Source: Sminthopsis crassicaudata (taxonomy: Eukaryota). Taken from it: 64,000 bases of DNA. The position numbers and the translations under genes are program-made. The stretch is from the NCBI RefSeq assembly GCF_048593235.1, contig NC_133621.1, positions 35,889,148-35,953,147 of the forward strand. The letters run 5' to 3'. Of the stretch, positions 53,899 through 64,000 are shown piece by piece; position 1 is the first letter of the stretch; every line of letters starts with the position of its first letter. Below the pieces are notes generated by a model. The model saw only the letters and a list, made by a program, of their open reading frames with translations. It was not told the origin of the DNA and did no database searches.

Positions 53899-54486
53899 TC
53901 TGTCGGGAGGCTGCAGCGGCGGACGTGGTGTTCCTGGTGGATTCCAGCGGAGGCCCAGAAAAATCCCGGGCAGTTCAAGATTTCTTGTCCGCGCTGGTGG
54001 ACGGCCTCGATGTGGGCCAAGACAAAATCAGAGTGGGCCTGGTGCAGTCTGGCCCCGCTCCCAGCACGGAGTTTGCCCTCAGCACCTACCAGAGCAAGGA
54101 GGAGGTCTTGGGGCACATCCAGGCCTTGACGTTCCAACAGGGCGCTTTCTACGCGGGCCGGGCCTTGCGCTTAGTGCTCGAAGAGGCTGGCAGCCGGATG
54201 CGCCCGGGGGTCCCAAGGCTGGCTGTGCTGCTCACGGGAGCGCCCGCCCAGGATGACGTCCAGGGGCCAGCCAGGGCGGCCAGGAAGGCGGGCGTGCTGC
54301 TGTTCGTGGTGGGCCTCCCGGGGGCCGATCTCTCTGAGCTCCGGGGGATAGCCAGTGATCCCCAGGACAAGTTTATCTTCCAAGCAGCGGAGCTTCCTGC
54401 CCTAGGGGACCTTTCCCAAAGCGTGCTGCTGGCCCTCTGCGCCACAATCCTGGAGGCCACTCAGAGCGGCACCCAGGTCTCTCCAG
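53899..54486 (+). CDS. COL6A4: Collagen VI alpha-4, vWA domain 1 exon (588 nt, phase 1-1)
   Basis: Acceptor CTTTCCAG and donor CAG|GTAGTC; open frame CREAAAADVVFLVDSS...IRVGLVQ...GVPRLAVLLT...LCATILEATQSGTQVSP. Confidence 0.92.
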
Positions 54487-55923
54487 GTAGTCCCTAGCTG
54501 TCGCCTTCTTTCTTCTTCCCTTCTTCCCTAATAGAGCATCCCAGCAGTACTTTTAGGTTTTCACAGGGTGTTATCTCTTATTTGGAGACTCAGATTTCAT
54601 TGGACATGCATTCAGAAAACTTTAGTGAGCTCCCACTTTTGTGTAAAAGCACTTTGTGAGGGGCTGGGGGTGCTTTTTGGGAGCGTGGTCAGGGCTCTCC
54701 TGAGGGCTTGGGCTGGAAGGGCCCTTCTACTCTGACATTCTAGGGTTCGGGGATCCCGTACAAGGCTTTCACCAGAGAGTCTGTGAAATAGACTTAGCCG
54801 TGGCCAGGCTGCCCAGCTGATAGAATACTGGGCTTGAAGTCACCAAGACCTGAGTTCAAATTCTTCCTTCAGCATTTAGTAAGAAGCTTATAGGAGATAA
54901 GAGACAAGTACAGAAGTAACTGTGACTTAAGGGAAAGGGATTTTGTTGCTCAGGAGAGTGTCACAACTAGATGGGCAGTAGATAGAGCACAGGGCTTGGA
55001 AGGAGGAGACTCATTTCCCTGAGTTCAAATCCAGCCCCATTCACTTGCTAGCTGCGGGACCTTGGCCAAGGCACTTCACCCTGTCTGCCTCAGTTTCCTC
55101 ATCTGTGAAATAAACTGGAGAAGGAAGTGGCAAACCATTCCAGAAACAACATAGCAACAACAGGAGAATTACATCAGAAGTGTGATGAGGTAGAGATCAT
55201 TAAATGGGGCTGTGGGTGGAAGGAGATCAGGAGGGCTTCATGGAGGAGGCGGTGTCTGAGCTGGGTCTTGAAGAACTGGAGAGACATCAACAGAAATTCA
55301 CTATAGATCATGAAACTGGCATAGATAACAGCCCTGGGGTAGAGCTGGAATAAGCATTTATTAAATGCCAGGTACTGTACTAAGTGTTTTACTCCTCACC
55401 ACAGCTCTGGCAGGTAAGTGCTATTTTTAGCTCCACTTTACAGATGAGCAAACCAGAGGAGGTTAAGTGACATCCAGAATCACACAACTACTAAGTGTCT
55501 GAGGCTGGATTTGAATTCAGGTCCTCCTGACTCCAGGTTTAGCACTCTGTGCACTTGCCACTCAGCTGCCTCTAGGATGGGAGAAGGCAAGGGGAGAATG
55601 GAGGCAGGGGTGGGGGAATGGAACACAGTCCAGTTTAGCCAGATCATAATAGGAAGGGTCTTGTATGAGATGAGGCTGAATGGTAAGTTGGATCCAGATC
55701 ATTTGTACTGTACACTGGGTCCTCATCCTAGAACAGAATTCATAGATTGCACGTTTGAGATTCATGACTTTGAGAAAATCTAATTTGCCCCCTTATTTTT
55801 ATAGATATAGAAACTGAGGCAAAGAGATTAAGCCAGTTCAGAATCACACAGCCACTGAAACGTCAGGCTGAGAGTGTTCACTTTGTGTTTTTTCATTCCC
55901 CTTCCCCTTCTCTCCAACCCCAG

Positions 55924-56511
55924 CCTGCAGAAAAGCAGCCGTAGCTGACTTGGTCTTCTTGGTGGACAGCTCCACGAGTATAGGCCCGGACAACTTCCAG
56001 AAAGTGAAGAGCTTCCTCTACTCACTGGTTTCAGGCCTTGAGATCGGCAGGGACCAGGTGCGGGTTGGCTTGGCCCAGTTCAATGATAACATCTACCCGG
56101 CATTTCTGCTCAATCAGTTCCCTCTGAAGAGTGATGTGCTGGAGCAGATTCTAAATCTCCCTTACCGAACTGGAGGGACCCGAACCGGGAGTGCTTTGGA
56201 CTTTCTCAGGACAACTTATTTCACTGAATCGGCGGGCAGCCGGGCCAAGGACAACGTCCCTCAGGTAGTGATCCTGGTCACGGACGGGGAGTCCAACGAT
56301 GAGGTGGCCCAGGCGGCCACCAGGCTGAAGGAAGGAGGCGTGTCCATCTACGTGGTGGGAATCAATGTCCAGGATGTCCAGGAGCTGGAGACAATAGCTA
56401 GCAAGCCCTTAGAGAAGTTCCTTTTTAGCACAGAAAACTTCAACATCCTTGAGGGTCTCTCTGACAACATTCTTCCTACCCTGTGCTCAGCAGTTGAGAA
56501 CCAGATGCAAG
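55924..56511 (+). CDS. COL6A4: Collagen VI alpha-4, vWA domain 2 exon (588 nt, phase 1-1)
   Basis: Acceptor CCCCAG and donor AAG|GTAATC; CRKAAVADLVFLVDSSTSIGPDNFQKVK...GGTRTG...VTDGESNDEV, very close to mouse Col6a4 N-terminal vWA2 as I recall it. Confidence 0.93.
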
Positions 56512-56580
56512 GTAATCATTTACCCTTTACTAGGCTGATTCCAGGCAAGAGATGAAATAGATGATATTTATCTTTGGGAA

Positions 56581-57370
56581 NNNNNNNNNNNNNNNNNNNN
56601 NNNNNNNNNNNNNNNNNNNNNNNNNNNNNNNNNNNNNNNNNNNNNNNNNNNNNNNNNNNNNNNNNNNNNNNNNNNNNNNNNNNNNNNNNNNNNNNNNNNN
56701 NNNNNNNNNNNNNNNNNNNNNNNNNNNNNNNNNNNNNNNNNNNNNNNNNNNNNNNNNNNNNNNNNNNNNNNNNNNNNNNNNNNNNNNNNNNNNNNNNNNN
56801 NNNNNNNNNNNNNNNNNNNNNNNNNNNNNNNNNNNNNNNNNNNNNNNNNNNNNNNNNNNNNNNNNNNNNNNNNNNNNNNNNNNNNNNNNNNNNNNNNNNN
56901 NNNNNNNNNNNNNNNNNNNNNNNNNNNNNNNNNNNNNNNNNNNNNNNNNNNNNNNNNNNNNNNNNNNNNNNNNNNNNNNNNNNNNNNNNNNNNNNNNNNN
57001 NNNNNNNNNNNNNNNNNNNNNNNNNNNNNNNNNNNNNNNNNNNNNNNNNNNNNNNNNNNNNNNNNNNNNNNNNNNNNNNNNNNNNNNNNNNNNNNNNNNN
57101 NNNNNNNNNNNNNNNNNNNNNNNNNNNNNNNNNNNNNNNNNNNNNNNNNNNNNNNNNNNNNNNNNNNNNNNNNNNNNNNNNNNNNNNNNNNNNNNNNNNN
57201 NNNNNNNNNNNNNNNNNNNNNNNNNNNNNNNNNNNNNNNNNNNNNNNNNNNNNNNNNNNNNNNNNNNNNNNNNNNNNNNNNNNNNNNNNNNNNNNNNNNN
57301 NNNNNNNNNNNNNNNNNNNNNNNNNNNNNNNNNNNNNNNNNNNNNNNNNNNNNNNNNNNNNNNNNNNNNN
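56581..57370. other. Assembly gap (intronic)
   Basis: Run of N. Confidence 1.
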
Positions 57371-57479
57371 TTTTCATAAACTGATATCTAGCTCTTCATT
57401 CTTCCCACTTTTCAAACTTTCTATCACCCTGTGATCTATAAGAGTGATAATCAGTTTACCTAGGATCATAGTTTTAATT

Positions 57480-57925
57480 TATTTATTTTAAAGATAATTT
57501 TTATTTTTTCCCCAAATTTTAAAATTTTAATTTAAATCTTAAAAATTTAAAAAGTTCCAATTTTACATGTAAAACAATTTTTACATTTTTCTTTCAAATT
57601 TTGAGTTCCAAATTCTTTTCCTCCCTTCCCGTCCATTGAGAAGGCAAGCAATTCAACATAAATTGTATATGTATAGTCATACAAAACACATTTCTATGTA
57701 AGTCATGCTGTGAAAGAAGGCACAGACAAAAAAAAACCAAGAAAAATAAAGAAAAAGCATATTTTATCTACTGCTCTTTCTCTGGAGATAGACAATATCT
57801 TTCATCACAAATCCTTCAAAATTGTCTTGGATCATTGTATTGCTGAGAATAGTTAAATCATTCACAGTTGATCATCTTACAGTATTGCTGGTTACTGTAT
57901 ACAGTGTTCTCCTGATCTTATTCAT
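57480..57925 (-). mobile_element. Old L1 3'UTR fragment
   Basis: Antisense L1 3' end resembling 48820-49400. Confidence 0.6.
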
Positions 57926-58320
57926 TTCACTTTGCATCAGTTAGGGTCATAGATTTAGAGGCAGAAGGGACCTTAGAACCCAGTCCCCTTATTTTATAGA
58001 TGAGGATACAGGATGAGAGAGGTTCAGTAACTAAAGCTCCAGAGAAACACAGTTAGTAAGTGTCAAGTTGGATTCCTGACTTCAGGCCTGGTACTCTGGG
58101 TACTATGGTACCACCCAGCTACCTAGGTTCTATAAAGGTAAAAATTAAAAGAGTCTCTGAACTCAAGGATGAAAAAGATGTTTTATATATATCTATATAC
58201 ATGCATATGTTACTAAAACTTAAAATTACATTAAGACTTTTAGGACAATATTATCTATCTATTCATCCTTCTAAATATACCTCTCTATCATCTGTCTGTC
58301 CATCCAGCTAGTTATCCATA

Positions 58321-58590
58321 TCTCTCCTTTGCTCTCCTATCTTTTTTCCTCCTCTCCCTCCTCCTCTTCCTTCTTTTTCTTTTTCTGCTTCTTCTCTTCT
58401 TCCTCCTCCTTTCCCCTTTCTTCCTCCTTCTCTTTCTCTTCCTCCTCATCCCTTTCTTCCTCATCTTTCTCTTCCTTCTCCTCCTCTTCTTCCCTTTATT
58501 CTTCCTCTTTCTCTTCCTCCTCCTCTTCTTCCTATTCCTATTCCTTCTCCTTCTCATCTCTTCCTCTTCCTCTTTCTCTTCCTCCTTTCT
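58321..58590. repeat. Polypyrimidine/polypurine low-complexity tract ((CTT)n/(CCT)n-like)
   Basis: About 270 nt almost entirely C/T on the + strand. Confidence 0.95.
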
Positions 58591-59580
58591 GCCTATGTGA
58601 CCTTAGCCAGCCACATATGTGTTCTAGGCGAACTAAGGCTGAACCAAGAGTCAAGAAACAAAAGACCAAGTTCAGATCATGTCTCTGTTCATTACTCCCT
58701 CTGTGAGAGGGAGTAGTTGCTAGATTTACTTAGCTCATCTGTGACATAAAGAGAGCTGGATTAAGAAGACTTTGGAGTTCTATTCAACTAGACATCTAAG
58801 ATGATGCTCTCCATGCCTTTCTTTCCTCATTTGTAAAATGGGACTAATAAAAACATCTTCCTCTCAGGGTCATTGTGAGAATCCAATGAAACAATGCATA
58901 TAAAGTATTTTGCAAACCTTACAGCTTTATCGATGTCTCTATTGGCTTTGGGAATAGTGTAGGTCCTGGCTCACGGGTGCATCACATCTTGTAGAATGGA
59001 GTTCTCCACTTATCCTGCCCCATTTTTAAATGTGATTGTTAGCTTAGGAGTGAGAATGAGAAACCCATTTGTCAGTCAGCTGTTTGAATTATGAATTCAC
59101 CCATGGACTGTGTAAATAAAGCTTTTGATTTGGATCTTACAGTTGGTTATGGTTGTCCATAAAACTACTTGCTTGTTACAGAAACATTGAATCAGAACAT
59201 TATAATGACTCCCCTCTGAGGTGGAGAGCTGATATAGTCACAAATGACCATCTCAAGATCTCAAGTGACCTCCCCTGTCAGGGACTCAGTTTCTTCATCT
59301 ATAAAATGAAAGGGTTGAGCTGGATGGTCTCTGAGGTCCCCTTTCTGCTCAATAGCTATGATGGAATGTAAGCTCCTTGAGGGCAGGACTCTGTTTTATT
59401 TTTTATTTTGTATCCAAATAAGGAAACTGAGGTACAGGGCAAGAATAGTTTCCAATGCTCAAGTCTCTCTTCTTCCATCTGAATGACTCAGGAAAAATCA
59501 TCCTTGTCTTTAGTTACTGTGAACAACATCTTTCACGTTTATTATGTTTTTTTTTCTCCCTCTTTTACCTCCCCTTCTAG

Positions 59581-60186
59581 CATTCACCAAATCCTATGCT
59601 GATGTGGTCTTCCTTGTGGATACCTCAAAGGGCACATCACCAGCCAGTTTCCATCGGATGAAAAGTTTTATTTTCAGAGTCATCGACATGTTGGAGATTG
59701 GGCGTGACAAGTACCAGATTGGGCTGGCCCAGTATGGTCACCAAGGTCATGTTGAGTTTTTGTTCAACACCTACCAGAAGCCAGATGAGATGATCACCCA
59801 TATCCAGCAGAATTTCCTACTCCGAGGAGGTGCCAGGAGGACAGGGAATGCCCTTCAGTTCATACAGGAGAATTTTTTCCAGGAGAAGGCAGGGAGCCGG
59901 TTTCTCCAGGGCATCCCTCAGTATGCAGTGGTCATCACATCTGGGCAGTCTGAAGACTTGGTCTTGGAAGCTACTCAGAAGCTTAAGGCAAGGGGAGTGA
60001 AGATCATGACAGTTGGTATACAAAACTTTGATAGAAAAGAACTGGAGGTCATGGCAACTCCTTCCCTTGTCTTTGAGATTGAGGGACAAGACAGGCTCAG
60101 GGAGCTTCAGCAGGATGTCAGCCAGGTGTTGGAAAGCTCTGGCTGGTTGCGCTTCAGTTCTGAGATGGAGGAAGAAACCTTGGCAG
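59581..60186 (+). CDS. COL6A4: Collagen VI alpha-4, vWA domain 3 exon (606 nt, phase 1-1)
   Basis: Acceptor CCCCTTCTAG and donor CAG|GTACGG; AFTKSYADVVFLVDTSKGTSPASF...DKYQIGLAQY...GSRFLQGIPQYAVVITSGQSED. Confidence 0.93.
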
Positions 60187-60739
60187 GTACGGTGTGTTCT
60201 TTGGGGTAAAAGGAGAAGTTTATGTCCAGAGGGTCAAAGAGCTGATAGTAGGGAAGCTAAGAGATTTCTTTTGATTATTACTTTTACTTATTATTCTTTT
60301 ACTTTTTAAGATGGAGCTGCCTTGCTTTTAGCAAAACCAATGCCATGATGCCTTGATTCACACATTCTCTGGGAAGGAGGACAGGGCCACACTTTTGAAT
60401 CACACACGAACAAGTTTGGGAGGTTCTGTTGGCTATAGTTGTGAAGATTTTTTCTAACACTTAATGGCAAAGAGGGATTTAACTCCAAGATGGCAGAGGC
60501 ATAGTCCATCTTACCTTGAGGTGAAGAGGGGTGAAAATAGTGTCCTGATTTCCAATGAGATGGGAATATACTGACAGAAAATCTTTATACTTTTTATGTC
60601 ATTTCTTTCTTAGGCAATGAAGTTTCTAGTAATTGAGAGTATGATCTGAATACATTATCTATTGTATCGAGAAATGAAAAAATCTCTATGAATAAAAAAG
60701 ATAAATTGGGGGATGATTATTCATTCTACTTTTATTTAT

Positions 60740-62925
60740 CCATTTTAATTAATTTAAATCATTTAAGTTTTAAGAAGAGGATTCATAATGAATTTGATTT
60801 CTCCTTTACTACTATAAAAAGTGCTTAAAATAATTTTTTTATGTATAAATCCTTTTCTTCTTCTTTTGATCTTTTTGGGAAATAGACTCTGGATCAAAAG
60901 ACATGCACAGTTTAATAACTTTTGGCTTAGTTCCAAATGACTTCCCAAAATAACTGGACAGTCGATAGCTCCATCAATAGTTTAGTACCTATTTTCTCAC
61001 AGTTCCTCCAGTATTTGTCATTTTTTGGGCAGTCAGTTTTGACAATATGATGGAATCAGGTGGTATTTCAGAATTGTTTAATTCTATAATTATTAGTAAT
61101 TTTCATTTTAAGAAAGGCATCATGGATTCCTGTGCTTTCCAGTGTTGTTTGTTTTAAAATATAAATGAGTATTGTATCTCATCAAAAGGGTTTTTTTGCA
61201 TCATTATAGTATATGATCTTTGTGATATGTCTTTGCAGTCTCTTTGCTGATCTTTTTTGTCCCCATAGCATATGATGGTTGCTGATTTTAAATAGATGCT
61301 ACTGATTATTTTAAGGAAAAGTCCATTTATTCCTATACTCTCTAGTGTTTTTAATAGGAATGGGTGTTGGATTTTATCAAATGCTTTCATATTTTTTATT
61401 TAAAATTTTTGCATAAGTGTTTACTATTGGTAAATTGGTCTTATAGTTTTCTTTTTCTATTTTGTCTGTTCTGGTTTAGATATCCAGTCTATATATTTGT
61501 GTCATAGATAGAAATTGCTTTTGTCATTTTTTTCCAAACAGTTTATATGGCATTAGATTGTTCTTTAAATGTTTGGGAGAATTCATTTATAGATTTAGCT
61601 AGTCCTGTTTATTTTTCTTTCCCACAGGGAATGCACTTATGGCTTGTTTCATTTACTTTTCCATTATAGTGTTATATATGTACTCAATTTGCTGTTCTAT
61701 TATTCTAGGCAATTTATATTTTTGTAAATATTTATCTATTTATTTAGATCAGTTTTATTTACATATAAAATAGGAATATAGCTCCTAATAACTAATTTTT
61801 TCCTGATTGTGAATTTGCCCTTTTCATTTTTGATACTAGAAAATTTTTTTCTTCTTTTTAAAAATCAAATTAACTAATAGCTTATCTATTTTATTTTTTA
61901 AGCTTCTTATTTTATTTAATAATGAAATTTGTTTTTGCTTTCAATTTTGTTAATATTTCCTTTTATTTTTAGGTTTTCTGTTTTAATGTTTAAATGAAAG
62001 TTTTTAATTTGTTGTTTTCCTATCTTTTAAAAAGTTATATGCCCAATATATTGATCTACTCTTTTTCTCTTTTATTGATGAAACTGTTTAGAAATATAAA
62101 TTTTACACTAAGTATTGCTTTGGTGGCATCCCAGAAATTTTGTCATATTGTCTCATTGATGTCATTATCTTTAATAAGATTATTTATTATTTCTGTGATT
62201 TATTCCTTGATCTACCCATGTAGAATTAAGTTATTTAGTTCCAATTAGTTTTTAATGTTTGCTTCAAAGTTGTTTATTTAATATAATTTTATTGTATTTT
62301 GGTTCATGAAAGATATACTTAATATTTCTATTTCCCCCTCCATTTGTTTATGAAGTTTTTGGTTCACTAATATAAGGTCATTTTTTGTGCATAGCTGAGA
62401 CATAGATATACCCCTTTCTGTTTCCATTCATTGTTCTCCAGAGATCATCATATCTATCTTTTCTAAAATTTATTCAGGTCCTTAATTTCTTTTTTGTTTA
62501 TTTTTTGGTTAGATTAATCTAGGTCTGAGAGGGGGTATATTGAGGTCCCTGGCATAATTTTAATGTCTATTTCTCCTTATAACTCATTTAACTTTTTCTT
62601 TAAGAATTTAGATGTTATATCATTTGGTACATATGTGTTTAGTGCTGATATTAATTCATTGTCTCTGGTACCTGTTAGCAAAATGTGCTTTTCTTGTTTA
62701 TCACTTGTAATTACATCTGTTTTTGCTTTTATCTTGTCTGAAATCATGATCGTTACTCTTACATTTAAACATTAGTTGACATATTGTAGAGTCTGCTCCA
62801 GCTCAGTCTTTTAACTCTCTGTGTGTGTGTGCATGTTTATGTGTTTGTTTTTCTTTTTCAAGTGAGTTTCTTGTAAACAACATATGTTGGTCTCCATTCT
62901 GCTATCTGCTTCCATTATGTGGCTC
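60740..62925 (-). mobile_element. Fragmented old L1 ORF2 (intronic)
   Basis: [22 protein letters not shown] (L1 RT) in ORF 61154..61390, flanked by degenerate antisense L1 sequence. Confidence 0.8.
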
Positions 62926-63378
62926 TCATGCTCAGAAATAGGTGGGTCTGTTAGGTTGAGATCCTGGAAGCAAATTATCAGTAATAAGATAGCTATGAAG
63001 TGATAAAGACCTGGAATAAGAGGAAGAGGTGGACCTAAGGGACATTTTGAAAGAAGAACTTATAGACCTTGACAGTAGATTTTACTCAAGAAATGCAGTA
63101 AAAAAAGAAACTAGAAAGTCATATAAAGGAACATTCTTATTGATTTTCCAGATATTCAGACTCTGGATGAGTGGTGTGAATATGGTTCAGGGTTGAACAT
63201 TTTAAAACCTACACATTGGTAGTGTATCACCTGTAGTTACCTTCCTTGCCTTAAAAGGAGCAAAAATTAGACCTGAATTCTAAACCATCAGCTTTGTGCC
63301 ATGTGTTCTAAATCAGCACATGGAAAATATAGTAGTCATTAGAATTGTGACTGATCCTTTCTGGCTTTTTGCTTGTAG

Positions 63379-64000
63379 TGTGTACAAGTGCTTCCATGGC
63401 TGACATTGTGTTCCTTGTTGAGGCGTCAAGTGGAATGGGGTTGGAGAATTTCGAGCTGGCCATACAGTTCCTGGGGAGAACCATCCACTCTCTAAATATT
63501 GGCCCTGACAAGGTCAGAGTTGGCCTGGTACTTTACAGCGAGGAGCCGAGGCTTGAGTTTGGGCTGGACACGTTCCTGAGCAAATCAGAAATCTTGAGCC
63601 ACTTGAACAAGTTGCCATTCATAGGTGGCCAGACCAAGACAGGAGCCGCTCTAGACTTCCTCAGGAACACTGTGTTCACTCAGCAGAGGGGTAGCCGGTC
63701 TAGACAAGGAGTTCAGCAGTTTGCTGTGGTCATTACAGGAGGCTCTTCTCAGGATAGGGTGGACAGGCCAGCTTCTCTCCTCCGGCGATCTGGGGTCACA
63801 CTCATTGCCGTGGGCACCCAAAAAGCTTCAGGAAACGGTGACCTGGACAAAATAGCCTCCTATCCACCTCGGAAGTATGCTATCTACCTGGAATCATTCC
63901 TGCAGCTCTCAATGGTCAGGGACAAGATAAAGAAACGTTTGTGCACAGAGATTGTGCAGAAAACCTTTTCAGTTCCAGTGATGACTCGTACCCTGAAAGA
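63379..64000 (+). CDS. COL6A4: Collagen VI alpha-4, vWA domain 4 exon (runs off the window end; absent from the ORF track)
   Basis: Acceptor TTTTTGCTTGTAG; my translation is open to the end: VCTSASMADIVFLVEASSGMGLENF...DKVRVGLVLYSEEPRLEF...GSRSRQGVQQFAVVIT...IASYPPRKYAIYLESFLQLS...KKRLCTEIVQKTFSVPVMTRTLK. Confidence 0.92.

Noticed and set aside
53771-54460. Overlapping alternative-frame and antisense ORFs (53771..54256, 53844..54137, 54149..54460)
   Set aside because: Shadow ORFs explained by the high GC of the COL6A4 exon.
56561-57434. Long X-containing ORFs, and a possible COL6A4 exon hidden in the gap
   Set aside because: The ORFs are N-run artefacts (likewise at 41362 and 48298-48912). 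The flanking exons join in frame (ENQMQ-A-FTKSYADVV), matching the recalled mouse junction, so no exon needs to be missing.
58312-58706. Arg/Lys-rich (protamine-like) and Ser/Phe-rich ORFs
   Set aside because: They are translations of a simple CTT/CCT repeat.
1-64000. CRISPR arrays, rRNA, bona fide tRNA genes, operon-like systems
   Set aside because: None seen. The tRNA-like A/B boxes all belong to SINE heads, and many further MIR/Mar-type SINE fragments were not listed individually.

Overview
This is mammalian genomic DNA from a marsupial, most likely a dasyurid such as the Tasmanian devil, judged from the L1, WSINE1-like SINE and OC1-like transposon repertoire. It comes from a gapped assembly with three N-runs. 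The only protein-coding gene I can support is the 5' part of a collagen VI alpha-4 gene (COL6A4, + strand): a signal-peptide exon at 50170-50258 and four phase-1 vWA-domain exons, the last running off the window end, all open and joined by canonical GT-AG sites. The first ~50 kb is repeat-rich upstream DNA: a decayed RTE LINE, several L1s (four with clear target-site duplications, TSDs), L2 and SINEs, hAT MITEs, a probable solo LTR, an RPL36 processed pseudogene and a 7SL RNA pseudogene. The most unusual structures are (1) a ~540-bp segment containing a 41-47-bp inverted repeat, present three times, whose middle copy is a chimera marking a ~2.05-kb tandem duplication; (2) a templated inverted insertion inside an L1; (3) an OC1-type hAT MITE, a family known for horizontal transfer; (4) an orphan exon candidate with a signal-peptide-like ORF phase-compatible with COL6A4; and (5) a CpG-rich, degenerate first vWA domain. 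I found no convincing novel multi-gene system. Family assignments rest on remembered consensus sequences, not database searches.
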